Shown here: positions 40,715 through 48,833 of the stretch, one piece after another
Layout: every line of letters begins with the position of its first letter
Position numbering within the stretch: position 1 is the first letter of the stretch
Source: a virus
Virus record (IMG/VR): IMGVR_UViG_3300027908_000009
Coordinates: 1 to 49,067 of that record
Length of the DNA stretch: 49,067 nt
Reading direction: 5' to 3' (one strand)
Notes under the pieces: model-generated
Database searches by the model: none
Seen by the model: only the letters and a program-made list of their open reading frames with translations
Told to the model about the DNA's origin: nothing
Position numbers and translations under genes: made by a program

Positions 40715-40921
40715 TTATTTCTTGGCCTCGCACTGAGACTTTAATTCTGCATTCTCCTTCTTCAAATCTTCAATCTGCTTTTGCTGTATCTCAATCGTCT
40801 GCGCCCATTGATTGATAACCGTATCCATCTGAATAGCAACTTGACTTGGAAGCTGCTGAGCAACGGCAGGAAATATGAGAGTAAATATGTACAGAAACGC
40901 AATAACTAATATCTTCATCAT
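40715..40921 (-). CDS. Secreted small coiled-coil protein with a signal peptide
   Basis: The ATGATGA start is coupled. MMKILVIAFLYIFTLIFPAVAQ|Q... is followed by IEIQQKQIEDLKKENAELK. The segment is AT-rich. Confidence 0.55.
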   Translation of the reverse strand: MMKILVIAFLYIFTLIFPAVAQQLPSQVAIQMDTVINQWAQTIEIQQKQIEDLKKENAELKSQCEAKK

Positions 40922-42564
40922 GTGCAATGAGTTCCCTTGCCGGTCAGAATGCCAAGCGTGAAAGTTAATGTATCTGCCACTGTTACTGTGCATACGGTCG
41001 ATAGTCCGGTATTTCCGTTTGCGATAAAGCCGTCCGTTGAACTCACCGTTCCAGTTGCAGCGAAGTCGCCCGCATCAAAAATGCCGTGATTTGTGGATGA
41101 ACCAGACTGCGAATCCACATAGAGGCCGTAAGAGGTCGTAATACCGGGTGCTCCCATATTGTTGATGTAGATACCGCGAACTGTCGTGGGCTTGATCGAG
41201 CCGTACACAGGAACGACATTAAGCCCGTTCCCCGTCGTAATAGTGCCCGCGCCATTACCTGTGACAAGCCCTATCAATAGGGCATCGCCAGTCGTAATAA
41301 TGGCACCAGTTCCCGGATTGAAAGTCACGTTGTACTGCGTACCCTCCGCGCTTGTGATACTCGCAGTAGGTGTGAAAGTGGGCGCAAAAAAATCGCCTTG
41401 CATGTGGTTACCGGCCCCTCCTGCAGTCCCGGTAATGGTCGGTTCGATCCGCATAGCAGCGAAGTTGTTTACATTCGCGGTGATAGTCCCGAGCATATGG
41501 AAATCGCCGTCGAGGCCGGCGGTAGGAGTATTGTTGGTGTTGATAACAAGCCTGTCACCGGCATTAGAAAGATTGATCTTAATACTGTCCGCACCTAGCG
41601 CAGAATAACTTGTGAAAGTGACATTTGTACTTGGAACGGGGTCTTGAAAATACGAGCCATAGTAATTGGTATAAGTGGTCGCGGTAGACGCTAGAACAGT
41701 GCTCGCCCCGAACAAGTCCGTATAAGCGGCGGCTACCGTGCCTGTCGATGTGGTGTCCGTGTAAGAAGCTGGACTGGCTATAAAGCGCAAACCACTTGTA
41801 GTCCATGCTGCTGCACTAGATGAAGCACCACCCGTCAGTGTTAAATAACCGTTGGTCGTACCGGAAAGGCCGATTGTTTCCGAAACCGATGTCAGAGTGT
41901 TGGCAAGAAGGGTAGCGATTAGCCTCAAATTGCCGGTGGCCCCTGAGCCATTCGGTGTCCCGATGAATGTAAGATTTTCCCCATTGTTTGTAGATGTGTT
42001 CCCGGTTGCTGCCCAATTCTCAGTTGCATTAAATCTGATCTGAGCAGCACCGCCAGTTATATAGCCGCTTTGTCCGGTATTCGTATTGCCATCATTGCCA
42101 TGACCATCGATAGTTCCAATGATGTCGCCATTGACCAAGGGGGTTGGCGAAGCCGAGGTTCCGTTAGCGCGGCGAAATACGAATGCCCCAAAACAACAAT
42201 TGTTGCCAGTCCCATAACTATCCATAATCGATAGGGGAGCTTCGCTGTTCGGACCAACAAAATTAGCTACAAGATACTCCCCAGCAACAACAAAACCGGG
42301 AGGCGCTATAGTATTGGCATTAGCCATGAAAATAGATGTTCCAGGCAATGCAACATTGGCACCAGTCACAAGACCAGACGTGAAAGTGTTTACGCCGCTC
42401 CAAACATTGGCTCCGCTCAACAGCGAGATAGGAGCCGGTGGGCCGCCTCCAACAGTTCCACAAAATTGACCGGCTCCGAACACGCCATTACATTGTGCAT
42501 GAGCAGGCGAAAACCCAAATCCAATAAAGAATAGAAAAACAAACCAGAACTGTCTATTTGACAT
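40918..42564 (-). CDS. Fibre-like Gly/Thr/Asn-rich protein carrying an N-terminal Sec-type signal peptide
   Basis: The start MSNRQFWFVFLFFIGFGFSPAHA|QC is at 42564. ANVWSGVNTFTSG is a fibre-type motif. Cys pairs lie near both termini. Confidence 0.6.
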   Translation of the reverse strand: MSNRQFWFVFLFFIGFGFSPAHAQCNGVFGAGQFCGTVGGGPPAPISLLSGANVWSGVNTFTSGLVTGANVALPGTSIFMANANTIAPPGFVVAGEYLVANFVGPNSEAPLSIMDSYGTGNNCCFGAFVFRRANGTSASPTPLVNGDIIGTIDGHGNDGNTNTGQSGYITGGAAQIRFNATENWAATGNTSTNNGENLTFIGTPNGSGATGNLRLIATLLANTLTSVSETIGLSGTTNGYLTLTGGASSSAAAWTTSGLRFIASPASYTDTTSTGTVAAAYTDLFGASTVLASTATTYTNYYGSYFQDPVPSTNVTFTSYSALGADSIKINLSNAGDRLVINTNNTPTAGLDGDFHMLGTITANVNNFAAMRIEPTITGTAGGAGNHMQGDFFAPTFTPTASITSAEGTQYNVTFNPGTGAIITTGDALLIGLVTGNGAGTITTGNGLNVVPVYGSIKPTTVRGIYINNMGAPGITTSYGLYVDSQSGSSTNHGIFDAGDFAATGTVSSTDGFIANGNTGLSTVCTVTVADTLTFTLGILTGKGTHCT

Positions 42565-42931
42565 ACCATCCACCTGTCGGGATTGGCCATAGAGTATAAC
42601 CGCCGTAGTTTCCAGTAATTGCAATACTGCTCTGGCCTATAATTTTTTGAGTTCCAAATGGAAGGATGGTTATGTGAAAAGTTGCGGCATTCCCCGCTAT
42701 ATCCACAATACTCTGCGGTTGATTGTTACGGATCGTTGCATCTGGCAATTGGACTGAGTTAGCACCCGACCCATTAATCAGGATATCCGCATTGTTCGTT
42801 CCGACAGTATATGTGCCCCCGGCTGTCGTGACTGTAATAGTCCCGAATGGAAGAACCTGCGCAAACGCCTGATCGAACAATGATAGAAACTGAAACCCGT
42901 CCGGGAGAGTGGCAAAGCTGGTCGTGACCAT
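42554..42931 (-). CDS. Small fibre-associated protein
   Basis: 125 aa, beta-rich, located upstream of and overlapping the 548-aa gene. Confidence 0.45.
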   Translation of the reverse strand: MVTTSFATLPDGFQFLSLFDQAFAQVLPFGTITVTTAGGTYTVGTNNADILINGSGANSVQLPDATIRNNQPQSIVDIAGNAATFHITILPFGTQKIIGQSSIAITGNYGGYTLWPIPTGGWYVK

Positions 42932-43008
42932 TTATTATTCCAGAAACGGCTTGCGCAAATACCATGCCAGAAGCAGCATGGATGGAGTGCAGAAAATCAT
43001 CAGCCAGA

Positions 43009-43638
43009 TCATGAGCGTTTGCCCAATTCAACCTTGGTCAATGTGACATGAATATCGTTGATGGAGTTTATGTAATTCTTGCGGGCCATGGTCTGGTAAT
43101 CATCCGAGCGTGCAAGCAGGTCAGGATCGACAGCATGTCCGCAACTCCAATTGAAATTGCACTTGATGCCATAGTGATCCAGCTTGTTGTCGTTCCTCCA
43201 ATGCTCGACAAAATAGAAAAACGTCCACTCGCAGACCGGAGGCCACTTGTGGAAAGGGTCTCCCACCGCGCGCATGGATGACCAGTAGGGACAGATGACG
43301 ACCATCTGCGATCCTACTTTCAGAACGCGCCAGCATTCCTCCATAAACGCGACGCGTTCTGGACCGTCCAAATGCTCGAAGAAATGCGAGGTATAGATGC
43401 TGTCCACCGACTCATCTTCTATCGGCCACGGATATTTCCGCACATCCATGACGTGATCGACGCCAGGACACGCGGCGATGTCGATACCGACATGGCCTTC
43501 CTGCTTGCGTTCGCCGCACCCGATATCGAGCTTGAGCAGCCCGTCCTTCGGCGCGCGAATGAGGTCTTTCGGTAAGCAAGGGTAAGTCGCGCCTACTTTC
43601 CTTGGCTTAGTGGTTTTATCGAGCATTGTTAATCCCAT
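43009..43638 (-). CDS. Class I SAM-dependent methyltransferase
   Basis: Motif I is LKLDIGCGER, followed by VDSIYTSHFFEHL and RVLKVGSQMVVICPY. The start may be ATG 43626. Confidence 0.7.
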   Translation of the reverse strand: MGLTMLDKTTKPRKVGATYPCLPKDLIRAPKDGLLKLDIGCGERKQEGHVGIDIAACPGVDHVMDVRKYPWPIEDESVDSIYTSHFFEHLDGPERVAFMEECWRVLKVGSQMVVICPYWSSMRAVGDPFHKWPPVCEWTFFYFVEHWRNDNKLDHYGIKCNFNWSCGHAVDPDLLARSDDYQTMARKNYINSINDIHVTLTKVELGKRS

Positions 43639-43790
43639 GTTTTTTCAGACGAACTAGATGATTGTCTTAGACCCCGATAATCAGGAAGGCCATGATCGAA
43701 AAGGAACGGATAGCGACAATGCAAGCAATGCGCGATATAGATGCCAATGGAAAACAAAACGACAAAAATTGCGAATGCGAGGCATATCAT
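43629..43790 (-). CDS. 53-aa membrane peptide below the ORF-track threshold
   Basis: RBS GGAGAA lies 7 nt before ATG 43790. MICLAFAIFVVLFSIGIYIAHC... Confidence 0.45.
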   Translation of the reverse strand: MICLAFAIFVVLFSIGIYIAHCLHCRYPFLFDHGLPDYRGLRQSSSSSEKTWD

Positions 43791-43808
43791 AATTCATTCT
43801 CCGTTGTT

Positions 43809-44057
43809 TTATCGAGCATCGCTTGATTCCTCCGAACGGTTATTCCAGTACCATGGCAAACCGCCATGAATTGATTCATCGGTAAAATACGCGCGCAAGC
43901 ATGCGGGACAATCGGATACTGCTGCTAGCTTATCCCACATATCCGAGCGGGTAGTCAGAGCCACCGGAAAATGTTGTTGACCTTTAGGACTCGCACCGCA
44001 GTATAGTTTTCGGTTATCACCAAACCCAGAATTAGGTGTACAGATGTGTACCGTCAT
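43809..44057 (-). CDS. Cys4 small protein, possibly zinc-binding
   Basis: Its ATG overlaps the GT2 stop (TGATG). The cysteines are C..C...CPAC. Confidence 0.45.
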   Translation of the reverse strand: MTVHICTPNSGFGDNRKLYCGASPKGQQHFPVALTTRSDMWDKLAAVSDCPACLRAYFTDESIHGGLPWYWNNRSEESSDAR

Positions 44058-44779
44058 CACCAAACCTGATCGTTAGCCAGATCGTAATGGCCCACTTTCA
44101 CCGAGCAATCGATAGCAAACCTATGCCCATGCTTGCGAGCGTCAAGCGCAAAATACAAATCCTGCGTGAACACCCCTTCTTCCCTTGAGGCCGCCGACTT
44201 GAACCACGGGCGCCGTAAGCGTTTATCCTTGAACATCGCGATTCGGTAAAGGGTGAAGCCCATGCCGGTGCCGTTCACCTCAAGTAATCCACCGTCGAGG
44301 CGTGGTTTCTGCGGCTTGAAATTGATTGGCACCTCGTTGGGGTTGCCCCAGCACTGCGCAACGCCGCCGTGACCCTTGGTCCAGTACAGACCACCTATCA
44401 CGTCGAACTCAGGATGTGCCTCGGCACGTTCCAAAAGCTTGAGCAGACCGTCCGGCGGCGGGATGTTATCGTGCTCAAGCGTGAGGATATATTTCCATGT
44501 GGACAAATCGGGGTTGTTTAGAATCGCTTCAACCACACTCTCGTAGGCGAACCCAACCTCCATCCCAGCCGCGAACAGCTTGCACACCTTCTGATTCGGC
44601 GGGGTCATGAGATTCCACCATGCGGCCACCGCTTTGGTAGGAACAGCCTCTCTGGCTGGCACGATGATGACCGTGGACAAGTCCTTGTAGGAGCCGGATT
44701 TGTCCATGCGTGTGCCTGCGGCTTGCAGGTCCGCATTGTGTTGGCCACCGTCGAATGCGCCTATAATCTGCGGTTTCAT
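44057..44779 (-). CDS. GT-A fold glycosyltransferase (family 2-like), soluble
   Basis: TVIIVPARE, ILTLEHDNIPPPD (DxD-like), GTGMGFTLYR, TQDLYFALDARKHGHRF..VGHYD. No TM segments are present. Confidence 0.7.
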   Translation of the reverse strand: MKPQIIGAFDGGQHNADLQAAGTRMDKSGSYKDLSTVIIVPAREAVPTKAVAAWWNLMTPPNQKVCKLFAAGMEVGFAYESVVEAILNNPDLSTWKYILTLEHDNIPPPDGLLKLLERAEAHPEFDVIGGLYWTKGHGGVAQCWGNPNEVPINFKPQKPRLDGGLLEVNGTGMGFTLYRIAMFKDKRLRRPWFKSAASREEGVFTQDLYFALDARKHGHRFAIDCSVKVGHYDLANDQVW

Positions 44780-44788
44780 GGGTCTATC

Positions 44789-45454
44789 CTACGTCTTATA
44801 GGGCCAGATGTTAATACCCGTAACGCCCGCAGCACTAAATATTGCCGCCGACATTGAATAATTGGCAAGCGTACCATTCCACGTCACTGCCAAAGACCCG
44901 CCGACATTGCCATTGGTATCACCAGCTTCCAACACAACCTCGCTCGCAACTTGCGTCTGGTCGTAGCTATCGCTTTGTGCGTTCGTCCAGCTTCCCGTTA
45001 TGGCCCGGTCGCCATAAAGTGACATTACACCAATGGCACCCGATGGCACGTTCAAAGTAACGCTTGGCGCCGCAGAAACCCCGTGTGGGAAGGTAGCAGT
45101 TGTCGGGGTCGGCGACGTTCCGGCCCCGGTAATCGTTCCTACCGCGATATTGAGCGCCGATATAAAATTACCGCTATCCGAAAAGGCGATAGTTCCGGTC
45201 GATCCACTCGGGACGTTAGCGAACCATACTGCGGACCCGAATACACCGGCACTCTCATCCCTAACCGCTAGAATTGCCGTGACGCCCCCGATAGTCGTCA
45301 CTGTCATGCTCGTGACGACTTGATATGCAATTTCCACCACGACTATTCGATCAGAGCTTGGAGTACCAAAACTAAGAGATGGACTCGTATACGTGGCTGC
45401 GTTCGGTGCTACCCCGGCCAAATTTACTACTGTTTGCGTCCAGGTTACTGCCAT
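44789..45454 (-). CDS. Hypothetical beta-rich fibre-locus protein
   Basis: 221 aa with S/T/G/V-rich composition. Confidence 0.45.
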   Translation of the reverse strand: MAVTWTQTVVNLAGVAPNAATYTSPSLSFGTPSSDRIVVVEIAYQVVTSMTVTTIGGVTAILAVRDESAGVFGSAVWFANVPSGSTGTIAFSDSGNFISALNIAVGTITGAGTSPTPTTATFPHGVSAAPSVTLNVPSGAIGVMSLYGDRAITGSWTNAQSDSYDQTQVASEVVLEAGDTNGNVGGSLAVTWNGTLANYSMSAAIFSAAGVTGINIWPYKT

Positions 45455-45459
45455 GATCT

Positions 45460-46497
45460 TTAAGTTGGCGGCGGTATGACACCGCCAGTTACCATGTTGA
45501 TATTATTCGAATAGGTCGCATTCGTCGGAGAATTCGATTGTGATGCAGAATAGAACGCACTCGCGAACACGCCGGTAATGTCCATATAATTATTTGCGAT
45601 AACGGCGCCATCGTTGAGGCCCTGCGTATTATTCAACCGATTAATTTCGATTGCCACATTGACAGTGTTTGATCCCGCTACAATTATAGTATTATTTGCG
45701 ACGTTCGCATTTATGATTGAGACGCCAGGATTTGCCGTTGCTTGCAACATGCTGTTTGCCTTAAACGGCGCAGTTGCCGGCTGGTAAAAGGTGGTAAATC
45801 CGTAGCGCGGCGTTCCACTGGAAGGATTTGCTGGGTCCATCTGGACTCCATCACCATCGTTGCCGCTATAGTATCCATGCCCGTTGCTAAGAACCCATCT
45901 GACAATCGGACTCCACGCGCAGTCAATAACGTCGTTTGACATCCCCTGGAAATAACAATACTGGCAAACAAATCCCGGCTGATCGAAGTTGATTGCCGCA
46001 CTTGCCGACGTGGCGGAATTGACTTGACCGCCGTTAAAATTGCACAATTGTACGGTCAGCCCACTTCCCGGCGTGCCATTTTGTTGAATAAAAAAGAAAG
46101 CGCCAGAAGGCGTATTAGACGACCATACCCAATTACAATTCTGTATTGTTGTATTTGCAACTCCCGCATCGATGGTAACAAACCACGACTTGCCACCCGT
46201 CGCGGTCGCCAGTGAGCAATCATAATTATCGAGCGTTTGATTGCTTGCATTAATGTGAATCGCGCCAGTTGCGGGATTGGCAAAAATGTTTCCGCTGCTC
46301 GGCAATGTCGCAGGGTCAAGATACGTTGCTTGCTTTGCAGTTGGTACTCCAACGCCATAATCAACGCCTGCGACGTGCCAAGGTGGCCTTGCTGCATAAC
46401 CATTTAAAAGGTTAGGTAATTGGGGAGGAACAACAGGCGCTCCCACAAACCCATCAAGCCATCCAACTGCAATTCCACTTAATGCTATCGCTGTCAT
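45460..46497 (-). CDS. Right-handed beta-helix (pectate-lyase-fold-like) spike or depolymerase candidate
   Basis: Repetitive N-x-x-I/V rungs are present (NVANNTIIVAGSNTVNVAIEIN, IQNCNWVW, VQLCNFNGG). Confidence 0.5.
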   Translation of the reverse strand: MTAIALSGIAVGWLDGFVGAPVVPPQLPNLLNGYAARPPWHVAGVDYGVGVPTAKQATYLDPATLPSSGNIFANPATGAIHINASNQTLDNYDCSLATATGGKSWFVTIDAGVANTTIQNCNWVWSSNTPSGAFFFIQQNGTPGSGLTVQLCNFNGGQVNSATSASAAINFDQPGFVCQYCYFQGMSNDVIDCAWSPIVRWVLSNGHGYYSGNDGDGVQMDPANPSSGTPRYGFTTFYQPATAPFKANSMLQATANPGVSIINANVANNTIIVAGSNTVNVAIEINRLNNTQGLNDGAVIANNYMDITGVFASAFYSASQSNSPTNATYSNNINMVTGGVIPPPT

Positions 46498-46500
46498 GGC

Positions 46501-48630
46501 TTACAACGACAGATTCATGAAGTTGCCATACAGGCTGACGTTCGAGTTGTTGCTGATCGCGTTGATAGCAACCGAACTCGGGAATTGCGAAGTCTGAGCA
46601 GTCCATGCGCCGTTGCCGCCGATGAGCGTCACGCTCGTTCCCGTAATCGTCTGGCCAAGGCGTTGCAAGGCCGCATTGAAATTCGTCAACACGATATTCG
46701 ATATGGAGCCATTATTGGTAGACGTTCCTGCCGTCGTCGTCGCAGTTCGGCCCAAGATGGCCAGCCAATAATCGCCAGCCGACAGCAATGTGCTGCCGAA
46801 TGGTACGTCAAGCCGCAACAACCCGCTAACATTACTGATCTGGTTAGCTTGGCTGACGGTAACGCCTGCGCTTTGCGTACTGCTTGCGCTGGTGAAAGTG
46901 CTAGTGGTGACGCCGCCGTTCGTGTCGATATTTCCAGGGAATCCGAGCGTATAGGTTTGGGCGACCGCAGCCGTCAGAGCATTTTGGGTCGTAAAGACAC
47001 TCACACTTTCAGTAATGCCAAACGACCAACTATTGGACATATAACTATAGAGATTGGTCGAGTTAGTTCCCGTGCCCCGCGTGTAAAGACCCAAAGTCTC
47101 GTTATAGGTCCACACGTTCGAGCGCGTGCCTGTCGCCAACGTGGAGCCAGAAACGGCTGCATTAATACTCAGGCTGATAAGCCGATCCATGCGGCATACC
47201 TGCATCTCGGGAGCTTCAAAGTGCTGAAAGTACAGCGACGAAACGCCCAACGACGATGCCGACGTGTTGGCGCCGAACTGCCACGGCTCATATTGCGAGA
47301 TTGCGCCCTGCGAATACACGTCGGCAATCGTGATACTGGCGCCGTTTGAGCTAAGGCTGATGTTGTTCCCTGCGAAAAGCTGCGACAAGGCTGGGCCGCT
47401 CACTGTCCACCCAGAGTTGGACGCTTCGATTGAAATGGCACCCGCGCCTGCCATACTGACAGAGCGAGCATCGACCGTGCCACTGGTCGATACAGTCGTG
47501 TTTGATCCGGCAAACAGAGCCAAAGTCTGATTCGTCTGCGAAGGTGCGGAAATGACCCAGCCGCTATTGGACGCTGCAACGCTGACGGCGCCGGAACCCG
47601 CGATGCTCAACGTCCGCACATCAAACGATCCGCTGGACGTGCCAAACGTGTTGGAGGAAGCATAGACGCCTCCCGTGTCCGGCTTTGCCGAAATGGTGAT
47701 CGTATTGGACGACTGCGACAGAGTGATATTATTGCCGCCCGCCAAAACCATCGTCCCCGACGAAAACGTGGTGAGCGTTCCGGTCGTGTTGCCGCTAGCG
47801 CTGAGGATATTCGCGAAGGCATCAATGGTCGCGCTCGATCCCGCGCTCGAAATGGTGACCATATTGCCTTGCGTTATGGTCGTGAAATTCGGTCCAGAGA
47901 TCGTGATCGTGTTAGACGACTGCGAAAGGGTGATGTTATTGCCACCAGCAAGAACGATTGTGCCGGTCGAAAATGTGGTGAGTGTGCCGGTTGTATTGCC
48001 GCTGGCGCTAACGACGTTCACACCATCAGCCGCGGCGGCCGGGGCTGATATGACGACCGAGCCGTTGGAAACACCAACGCTCACAACGCCAGCGCCCTCA
48101 AACGAAAGTGCTGACAGCGCGAGATTTCCTGACGTGGCCTGCGTGGTGTTGCTGACGGCATAAACGCTTGCGCTGTTCAGACCGCCGCCCCCAGCGCCAC
48201 CACTAATAACGACCGAGCCGTTGGAAATACCGACCGACACACCTCCTGCACCTTCAAATGATAGGGCCGAAGCGTTCCCGGTACTTGACGTGGCCAGCGT
48301 CGTGTTGCTGACGGCGTACATCGATAATTGCTGATTAGTCTGATTAGCAGCAGAAATAGTGACAGTAGCCGCCGAACCATTGATGCTCTGGCTTAGTGTG
48401 ACGTTATTGCCACCAGCCAAAAGCAACTCAAGACCAATACCACTTATAACCCCAGACGTTCCCGCAGTATGCCCAATATTAGACATGCCGAGGGTGGCAT
48501 TCGCGAGTGCCATTACATTTGACACTATATATTGAACATCGGTGGCGCTAGATTGAACGCCAAGCAATGTATCGGAGCTAACGCTGATTGCGCCAGCAGC
48601 AGCAATCGCGTTGAATTTTACGTTTGCCAT
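46501..48630 (-). CDS. Large repeat-containing fibre protein
   Basis: 709 aa. It contains the duplicated modules GNTTGTLTTFS.GT.VLAGGNNITLSQSSNTITIS and YAVSNTT.ATS...ALSFEGAG.VSVG.SNGSVVIS. Confidence 0.65.
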   Translation of the reverse strand: MANVKFNAIAAAGAISVSSDTLLGVQSSATDVQYIVSNVMALANATLGMSNIGHTAGTSGVISGIGLELLLAGGNNVTLSQSINGSAATVTISAANQTNQQLSMYAVSNTTLATSSTGNASALSFEGAGGVSVGISNGSVVISGGAGGGGLNSASVYAVSNTTQATSGNLALSALSFEGAGVVSVGVSNGSVVISAPAAAADGVNVVSASGNTTGTLTTFSTGTIVLAGGNNITLSQSSNTITISGPNFTTITQGNMVTISSAGSSATIDAFANILSASGNTTGTLTTFSSGTMVLAGGNNITLSQSSNTITISAKPDTGGVYASSNTFGTSSGSFDVRTLSIAGSGAVSVAASNSGWVISAPSQTNQTLALFAGSNTTVSTSGTVDARSVSMAGAGAISIEASNSGWTVSGPALSQLFAGNNISLSSNGASITIADVYSQGAISQYEPWQFGANTSASSLGVSSLYFQHFEAPEMQVCRMDRLISLSINAAVSGSTLATGTRSNVWTYNETLGLYTRGTGTNSTNLYSYMSNSWSFGITESVSVFTTQNALTAAVAQTYTLGFPGNIDTNGGVTTSTFTSASSTQSAGVTVSQANQISNVSGLLRLDVPFGSTLLSAGDYWLAILGRTATTTAGTSTNNGSISNIVLTNFNAALQRLGQTITGTSVTLIGGNGAWTAQTSQFPSSVAINAISNNSNVSLYGNFMNLSL
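47696..47802. repeat. Intragenic repeat A1 (partner 47903-48009, period 207 nt)
   Basis: About 80 percent identity, counted by eye (20 mismatches in 107 nt). Confidence 0.8.
47903..48009. repeat. Intragenic repeat A2
   Basis: See A1. Confidence 0.8.
48055..48165. repeat. Intragenic repeat B1 (partner 48211-48321, period 156 nt)
   Basis: The shared ends are gaccgagccgttggaaa and gttgctgacggc. The middle has diverged. Confidence 0.7.
48211..48321. repeat. Intragenic repeat B2
   Basis: See B1. Confidence 0.7.
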
Positions 48631-48833
48631 TAGACTGAATTCTCTGTGATGTAATTATCGGTGCCGTTCTCGGCTACATAAAAGGTTGTGCCGTTCTCAG
48701 CCACATAGAATTGGGAAGTCGGAGGCGTTGTTTTTCCTCCACCACCACCGCTCGCACCTGGATTGCCGTAATGAACATCGGTTATCTGGTGATCTACAGA
48801 CCTGGCTCTGCGAGTAGCCCGTTTGCTTCTCAT
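48630..48833 (-). CDS. Small basic protein with a tandem FYVAENGT repeat
   Basis: 67 aa, ...QFYVAENGTTFYVAENGTDNYITEN. Start and stop are coupled on both sides. Confidence 0.5.
   Translation of the reverse strand: MRSKRATRRARSVDHQITDVHYGNPGASGGGGGKTTPPTSQFYVAENGTTFYVAENGTDNYITENSV
48661..48714. repeat. Tandem 27-nt repeat, two copies
   Basis: gtgccgttctcggctacataaaaggtt / gtgccgttctcagccacatagaattgg. Confidence 0.8.

Noticed and set aside
47696-48321. A diversity-generating retroelement (TR/VR pair) as the explanation for the fibre repeats.
   Set aside because: No reverse transcriptase is present in the genome. Both repeat copies lie inside the same ORF. The 20 mismatches I counted involve all base types rather than being adenine-specific.
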